Of a stretch of DNA of 60,000 nucleotides, positions 52,391-60,000 are shown in pieces. The stretch is taken from contig NC_086097.1 of the NCBI RefSeq assembly GCF_963921235.1, forward strand, positions 69,318,001 to 69,378,000. The letters are read 5' to 3'. The position numbers and the translations under genes are program-made. This DNA is from Mobula hypostoma. Lineage: Eukaryota. Position 1 is the first letter of the stretch. Each line of letters begins with the position of its first letter. Below the pieces are notes generated by a model. It was not told the DNA's origin and did no database searches. It worked only from the letters and a program-made list of their open reading frames with translations.

Positions 52391-53167
52391 CATGTTCCCT
52401 TTAAAGTGTGCTCGTGTGCATGCACACACATCTTTCGCTACTAGTGCACAAAGGAATTTAAACAGCACACCAAAAGTTGTCACACTCTATCTCATTGGCA
52501 TGTTAAGTATGTTTCAAGATTGTATACAATCACATTTCCTTTTCTGGTTTTTGATGTGGACAGTGTTTACAATGTGGAGTTTGCGATGATATGTCTGCAG
52601 ACTTTAGAACTGGCTTATTTATAATGTTTTTATTGAAGAAATTATTGCTTCATTATGTCAAATTCCAAAGAAGCAAAAGGGCATGAAGCATAAAGTGCAA
52701 AAGAGTTGCCAATTTGTTTAAAGCAGAATGGCTTAATGAAACAGTAGACACTGCTACACCGAAAACTCATGCGGTCACGAACGTACAATACCGAAACTGG
52801 AGTTACCTGCATGTATTGCTGTGATGTAAAAGTTGCTGGAGAATTTGCAAGTGGGAAGTAGTGGAGTGACATTTGCAAACTTAACTTTTTAAAGCGTCAT
52901 TTAGCAAGCAAATCACAAAAGCTCTGGCAAGCAAATCCTTCATTACCTGCTGCAGGCCTGCTATGTATGTTTTGTGAGAATGCAGATGAACGAGATTGAA
53001 AATGATAAAACCCAGAGGAGATCAAAGTTCTTATTGACAGTATTTTGTTTGCTGTTAAAATGAATACTTTGATATAGAAAATTCAGTGCACACATGTCAC
53101 TGGGCAAAAAATTGCACAGCACAAGATTTTTGCTCACATTGGTCATTACAAATTAGAGGGAACATTG
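52391..53167 (+). mobile_element. Non-autonomous hAT DNA transposon
   Basis: TIRs catgttccctttaa / ttagagggaacattg; 8-bp TSD gtcaacat (52383-52390) / gtcaagat (53168-53175); zinc-finger-like remnant TGVTCMYC...FLKRHLASKSH. Confidence 0.8.
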
Positions 53168-53239
53168 GTCAAGATTTGTGGAGAAATATACATTCATGAT
53201 TATTCATCAGAACTTGGCACGTTCTGATGAAATGTCAAA

Positions 53240-53735
53240 TACAAGAGATTTTGCAGATGAAAACCCAGGGTAAAAAATACAAAATGCTGGAGGAACTCAT
53301 CAGATCAGGTAGCAATGAAAATGAATAAACAGTTGACATTTCAGGGCAAGACCCTTCACCAGGACTGGAAAGGAAGAGAGAAGCTCGAATAAGATGGTGG
53401 GGAAAGGGAAGAAGGTGATAGGTTAAGCCAGGTGGGTGGGGGAGGGGAGATTATGTGAGAACAGGTGGGAGGTGATAGGTGGAAAAGGTAATGAGATAAA
53501 GATGAAGACTCTGATAGGAGGGGAGAGTGGACAATGGGAAGGAGGAGGGCACCAGGGAAGGTGATAAGCAGGTGAGGAGAAGTAAGGGGGGTGCCAGAGT
53601 GGGGGATGGAAGAGGAAAGCAGAGAAGAAAAAATTACAAGTTAGAAAAATAAATGTTCATCAATTTGGAGGCTACCCAGACAGAATATGAGGTCTTGCTT
53701 CTCCAACCTGAGAGTGGCCTCATTATGGCAGTAGA
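53240..53735 (-). mobile_element. Penelope 3' fragment, older subfamily
   Basis: EATLRLEKQDLIFCLGSLQ remnant at 53660-53725; pLTR with a degenerate hammerhead at ~53331-53366. Confidence 0.8.
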
Positions 53736-53839
53736 TGTTACTTAGCTGAAATGGCAGATTGTTCCAAATTTTTCCTGACCTCCTTTAGCCAGACTCATTT
53801 CGTGCAGAAACTACAATAATCTGGAATGCAGAGCAATCT

Positions 53840-56220
53840 TGAGTATAGTATTTGAAAGCGAGAATAACACTACACCTGCGCTAATTCTTGCAGCAACTGG
53901 TGACCCTGTGATGTCTGTCTCAGATGCCAACATCAGAAAATCTTTCAAGAGGGTGAACCTTCACAAGGCATCAGTCCTCAATGGTGTACCTGATAGGGCA
54001 CTGAAACCCTGTGCCAACCATCTGACAGGACTGTTTAAGGTCATCTTCAATCTTTCACTGCCGCAGTCAGCAGTTATCACCTGCTTTAAAAAGGCAACAA
54101 TCATACCAGCGCCAAAGAAGAGCAGGGTGAGTTGCCTCAACAACTATTGCCCAGTTGCACTCACATCTACTGTGATGAAGTGCTTTGAGAGGTTGGCCAT
54201 GGCTAGAATCAACTCCTGCTTAAGCAAGAATCTGGACCTGCTGTAATTTGCCTATCGCCACAGTAGGTGTACAGCAAATGCCATTATACTGGCTCTCCAC
54301 TCAGCCTTTGAGCACCTCAACAATACCTACACCAAACATGAGGAAATCTGCAGATGCTGGCATTTCAAGCAACACACATAAAAGTTGCTGGTGAACGCAG
54401 CAGGCCAGGCAGCATCTCTATGCTGTGCCTCTCCTAGAAATACCTACACCAGGTCACTGTTCGTTACTTACAGCTTAGCTCTTAAAACCATCATGCCTTC
54501 AGTACAACTCAACAAGCTCCAAAACCTGGGCTTCCGTACCTCCCTTTGCAACTGGATTCTTGACTTCCTCATTAAGAGATCACAGTCAGTGCAGATTGGA
54601 AATAACAGCTCCTCCTCGTTGATGGTCAACTCAAGGATTCGTGCTTAGTCCACTGCTATACTCTCAATACACCCACAATTGTATGGCTAGGCACAGTTCA
54701 AATACCATCTATAAATTTGCCAGTGACACAACTACAGTTGGCAGAATTTCAGATGATGACAAGGAGGCACACAGGAGGTGAGACAGGCCAGTTAGTTGAG
54801 TGGTGTCGCAGTAACAAACCTTGCACTCAACGTCAGTAACACCAAGAAATTGATAGCAGATTTCAGGAAGGGGAAGTCAAGGGAATGCACACCAGCCCTC
54901 ATTGATCAGCAGTGGAAAAGGTGAGCAGTTTCAAGTTCCTGGGTGTCAACATCTCTGAAAATCTATCCTGGACCCAGCATATTGCTGAAATTTAGTTCAA
55001 AGTACATTAATTATCAAAGTACGCATACTTTAAACAACCTTGAGATTTATTTCCTTACAGGCAGCCATGAAACAAAGGACCCTATAGAACACATTAAAAA
55101 CAAAGGAAGACCTTCAAATACCCAACGTGCAGAGAGAGAGAAAAAATAAATCATACAAACAATAAAGTAAGCAAACAGCATTCACAACTAAAGTTCACAA
55201 AGCCAATTCAGAAGTCCACAGATGCCGATTCAGAAGGCCTTGGTCCAGCACAGAGTCAAGCCAATCCCACAAGGCAGCAAGCCAAACCAACTCATCTCTT
55301 GCCTCTGACCTCGATCGTTTCAATCTGGCCCGGTGCTTAAATCATCCAAACCACATCACCCTCAAGCTTGGGCTCAGTTGCCTTGATAAGGCCAGTACTC
55401 AACCTTCCCAAATTGGCTTAACTCTTATTGAACAAACCTCGGACCTTTCCACACCTCCGCTCTGCTGCACTGAATTGCCTCCAATTCCGCTCCAGCCCAG
55501 ACATACTGCATCCTTTCTGCCCCAGCAAGACACCAGTCACACCACAAAAATGCTAGATCATACAGGCGATTCCGCTCAACTCCGACAGGAAAGCCACAGG
55601 TCACTGTTTGCAGTGTTCATTTACCAGAAAAAGTGTGAACAATAAAGTATTTAGTTGCTTTTTTTGTTTCATCAGCCACCAGAAAGTTGTCACTCAAACC
55701 AGTAAGTAGCACCATCTTACAAAGAAGGCATGACAGTGGCTATATTTCATCAGGAGTTTGAGGAAACTTAGTATGACACCAAAAACTCACAAAATTCTAC
55801 AGATGTACAATGGAGAGTATTCTAACTGGCTGCATCACCATCTGGCACGGAGAGGTCACAGCACGGGATTGAAAAAAGCTGCAAAAAATTACAAACTCAG
55901 CCAGCTCCATTATGGGCACTGGCCACCATCATTGTGGTTCCCCATCATTCACGATGTGTCCTCTTCTCGTTGCAAGGTGGTGGTACAGGAGCCTGAAGAC
56001 ACACACTCAACACTTTAGGAACAGCTTCTTCCCCACCACCATCAGATCATGTACATTATCTCAATCATTTTTTTCTCTTTTTGCACTACTTATTTAATTT
56101 TTTAAAATATATGTTATTGTAATTTATAGTTTCCTTTATTATGGATTGCAATGCACTGCTGCCGCAATACAAAAAAATTCATGACATATGCCAGTGATAT
56201 TAAACCTGATTCTGATTATC
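53840..56220 (+). mobile_element. Rex1/Babar LINE with nested insertions (Penelope piece at 54335-54438; another repeat at ~54985-55715)
   Basis: CLNNYCPVALTSTVMKCFERL; tail attaaacctgattctgatt; the nested Penelope piece has the TSD aatacctacacca at 54322-54334 and 54439-54451. Confidence 0.85.
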
Positions 56221-58293
56221 GTGCAATTGCCATTACGCCTTCCAAAATAATTAATAGTATTAGAGGAAACTCTTGTTTAAACAGGAATGACTAAAATATT
56301 AACAATTCCCAAGTATTAAAAATGTATCTGTAGTTTGTTCGTAAGTTTGCAGCTAATTGTTTAATCTGAGCAAAATCAAATTCCTCAAAAAAAGATTGTT
56401 CAAAGCATAAACAAGTTGCACCCACACCTCCCTTACATTTACGTACTCACTTTTTTAATACACTACTTGAATTAGTAAAAGATAGTTCCCTGCCAGCACT
56501 CTACACATTGTACTTAACTGTATATCCAGATCAGAAATGCCAGTTTTCACTGTGTGGCTCATTCATTAAGGTTCATCAGATTGCAAATGCCTAGGCATCC
56601 AACACTAACCCATTGACCAGTGAGCAATTAAGAGTTGATTCTACAGAAATCAATTAGCTTCATTTTCTAGTCATTGAAATGCACGATTTGATGCTGTAGT
56701 TCAGCCATCTGTTCAGTAACCAGATGCTCCATGGTACAGCATGATTGCTTCACTTCATGCCAGATTTTTCATACAGCTTCAGCTAAAGGATTTGCATGGC
56801 AAATTCAAGTACAAACCCAACCCAGCAAACCTCACAAAGCACCAGATGCAATTTGCTGATTCAAATCCTGTTGGAAACTGTAGTGCAAGGTACAGCCCAG
56901 TAATGCTGACTACAGCTATGCCCCTGTTTTGTTAAAATCAAATAATTTAATACAATTCAAGTCAATTTCTTCTTTGCTCCTCATAATTTTCATCTCTCCA
57001 TTCTTGACTGACTGAATCTTTCAATATTACAAGGTTTCAGCTGACTTGATATATTTTCTAAACGACAGAGCCACAGCACCCACCCCACTGCCATACCAGA
57101 CACTGAAGTAGCTCTTCAGAATGCTTTGTAGAAGTTTTTGAATGTTTTCGTTGACAAACCAAATCTTCTCGAACTCCTAATGAAATATAGCCACTGTCTT
57201 GTCTTCTTAATAGATGTATCAATATGTTGCCACCAGGCTAGGTCCTCAGAGAAAGACACCCAGAAACCTGAAATTGCTCACTCCCTCCACTTTTGATTCC
57301 TTTGAGGCTTGATTTGTGTACCCTCGTCTTACCCTTCCTGGAGTCCAGAATCTGTTCTTTGGTCACTCAACAATATAAGGAGCAAGAGAAGGCCATATGG
57401 CCCCACGCTCTCCCCCACACCTCCCAGCCTGCTTCAGCTTATTTGTTCACAAACCTGATAAGCTACTTTCTTCAGTGACTCAATTGGTAGGATTGGCCAG
57501 AGTCAAATACTGTGAGCTTTGTGATTCAACCACTCAACTGTATGGAAAGAACAAATATTTATACTGATGCTCCACAATTAAGACACTGCTTAACTGTAAG
57601 AGGACCATCCAGCTAACTGATTTGCAGGGCTATTCTCTCTTCCCCCATTTCTTAAGTTGCTATTTTTTTCTCTTCTAATCAGAGGCAAGTTTTATGATGC
57701 ATGACATTTTGGAAAATGATAACAATATACTCTATTGAAACGCTTGCAGACATGTCCTGAGGAATCATCAGCTTCGAGTCCAAATAATTTCTTCAATACC
57801 CATTTAAAAAGAAATACTGATATCTTCCAGCTTCTTGTTCACTGCAGATTTGCACCACCAGGAAGTTGCTGTGATTTCTTCCAAAAGAAAAGACACAAAT
57901 ATTTGTCTGACTTCTCCATGGTTTCCATAATCTAAATTTTCCTGTGCAAGACTATAAGAAATTCAAATTAGCTTTATCTAATCTATTTTTTAAAAACATA
58001 CTAACTTATCAGATATACTTTAAAGAGGAGAATAACAAAATATAGTTAATGGAATGCAGTAAGACTTTAACTAGATCATAAATGTAATATATATGTAATA
58101 TAAAATATCTCACTGCATGGTAACCCTCAAGTAATGATATACCAAGTGAATTAACTGTGCACAATTTATAATAATGAATCATGAATGAAAAAGAAAGCTA
58201 AAGAAATGCAAGTCATTTGAAATATGATGCTGAAGATGGCAAGACTATTTCTCGATCAGTTTTTTGTCCATATACCTGTCTAACATCCCATTA

Positions 58294-58431
58294 CAAACGA
58301 GAGAAAATCTGCAGATGCTGGAAATCTGAGCAACACAGAGTCCTGCCGTAGGGTTTCGGCCCGAAATATCGACTGTAGTTTTTTCCACAGATACTACTGG
58401 TCTGCTGAGTTCCTCCAGCATTTTGTGTGTG
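58294..58431. mobile_element. Penelope pLTR fold-back fragment
   Basis: Minus-oriented pLTR end joined at ~58339 to a plus-oriented piece starting agtcctgccgtagggtttcggcccgaaatatcgact (degenerate hammerhead). Confidence 0.7.
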
Positions 58432-58559
58432 TAACATCATATTATAAAGATTGGGTCTTGTCCCGCAGACAGATCTTAGCAGCCATATCCCAAGGCTTTG
58501 TCTCTGGAACGCATGGACAGTCTTTGATTTGACTTTTGAACATTTGGTTAAAATGGTTC

Positions 58560-60000
58560 TATAGTCATAGAAAACCTACAACACAATACAGGCCTTTCAG
58601 CCCAAAAAGCTGTGCCAAACATGTCCTTACCTTAGAAATTACTAGACTTCCCTATAGCCCTCTATTTTTCGAAGCTCCATGTACCTATCCAAAGGTATAT
58701 TAAAAGACCCTATCGTATCCGCCTCCACCACCGTTGCCGGCAGCCCATTCCACGCACTTACTACTCTCCGAGTAAAAAAAACTTACCCCTGCCATCACCT
58801 CTGTACCTACTCCTCAGCACTTTAAACCTGTGTCCTCTTGTAGCAGCCACTTCAGCTCTGGAAAAAAGTCTCTGACTATCCACACGATCAATGCCTGTCA
58901 TCATCTTATACACCTCTATCAGGGCACCTCTCATCCTCCATCACTCCAAGGAGAAAAGACCAAGTTCACTCAACCTGTTTTCATAAGGCATGCTCCCCAA
59001 TCCAGGCAACATCCTTGTAAATCTCCTTTGCACCCTTTCTATGGCTTCCACATCCTTCCTGTAGTGAGGCGACCAGAAATGAGCACAGTACTCCAAGTGG
59101 GGTCTGACTAGGGTCCTAAATAGCTGCAATATTACCTCTCAGCTCCTAAATTCAATTCCGCGATTAATGAAGACCCCACGGTATGCCTTCTTAACCACCG
59201 CATCAACCAGCGCAGCTGCTTTGAGCATCCTATAGACTTGGACCCCAAGATCCCTCTGATCCTCCACATTACCAAGAGTCTTACCATTAATACTATATTC
59301 TGCCATCATATTTGACCTACCAAAATGAATCACTTCATACTTACCTGGGTTGAACTCCATTTGCCACTTCTCAGCTCAGTTTTGCATCCTATCAATGTCC
59401 TGCTGTAACCTCTGACAGCCCTCCACACTATCCACAACAGCTCCAACCTTTGTGTCACCAGCAAACTTACTAACCCATCCCTCCACTTCCTTATCCAGGT
59501 CATTTATAAAAATCACAAAGAGTAAAGGTCCCAGAACAGATCCCTGAGGCACACCACTGGTCACCGACCTCCATGCAGAATATGACCCGTTTACAACCAC
59601 TCTTCGCCTTCTGTGGGCAAGTCAGTTCTGGATCCACAAAGCAATATCCCCTTGGATCCCTTACCTCCTTACTTTCTCAATAAGCCTTGCATGGGGTACC
59701 TTATCAGGTGCCTTGCTGAAATACATATGCACTACATCTACTGCTCTTCCTGCATCAATGTGTTTAGTCACATCCTCAAAAAAATCATTCAGGCTCATAA
59801 GGCACGACCTGCCCTTGACAAAGCCATGCTGACTATTCCTAATCATATTATACCTCTCCAAATGTTCATAAATCCTGCCTCTCAGGATCTTCTCCAACAA
59901 CTTACCAACCACTGATGTAAGACTCACTGGTCTATAATATCCCGGGCTATCTCTACTCCCTTTCTTGAATAAAGGAACAACATCCGCAACGCTCCAATCC
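58560..60000 (-). mobile_element. CR1 LINE ORF2 (continues beyond the window)
   Basis: [44 protein letters not shown]. Confidence 0.93.

Noticed and set aside
52275..60000. NUBPL exon 1 and promoter
   Set aside because: No convincing ATG-initiated mitochondrial targeting exon with a phase-0 donor and no CpG island; the candidate near 57850-57930 hits a stop. Probably outside the window.

Overview
Eukaryotic, repeat-rich vertebrate DNA. The repeat complement (CR1, Rex1/Babar, Penelope, HE1-like SINE, Tc1, Tigger, hAT, Gypsy) points to a cartilaginous fish, probably a ray or skate; that assignment is inference. The one host gene is NUBPL (Ind1, the mitochondrial P-loop Fe-S assembly factor for complex I) on the minus strand. 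Ten coding exons (exons 2-11, 52274 down to the stop at 19741) join with GT-AG sites into an open frame; exon 1 was not found and probably lies beyond 60000. The most notable observations are: (1) a decayed Gypsy LTR retrotransposon (13147-~15997) whose RT/RNaseH/integrase core is replaced by an intronless fragment of host RBM25 mRNA, i.e. LTR-mediated gene capture; (2) many short, TSD-flanked, fold-back Penelope derivatives carrying minimal hammerhead ribozymes of two families, including a perfect palindrome with 91-bp arms that turns on the ribozyme core; (3) a 424-bp RTE-derived element that begins with an HDV-like ribozyme fold; (4) a shifted splice acceptor at NUBPL exon 4; (5) a Tc1 derivative built from two opposed 3' ends just upstream of exon 8. 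Exon, TSD and ribozyme coordinates were counted base by base; the ends of decayed repeats are approximate. Family names come from motif recognition, not from database searches.
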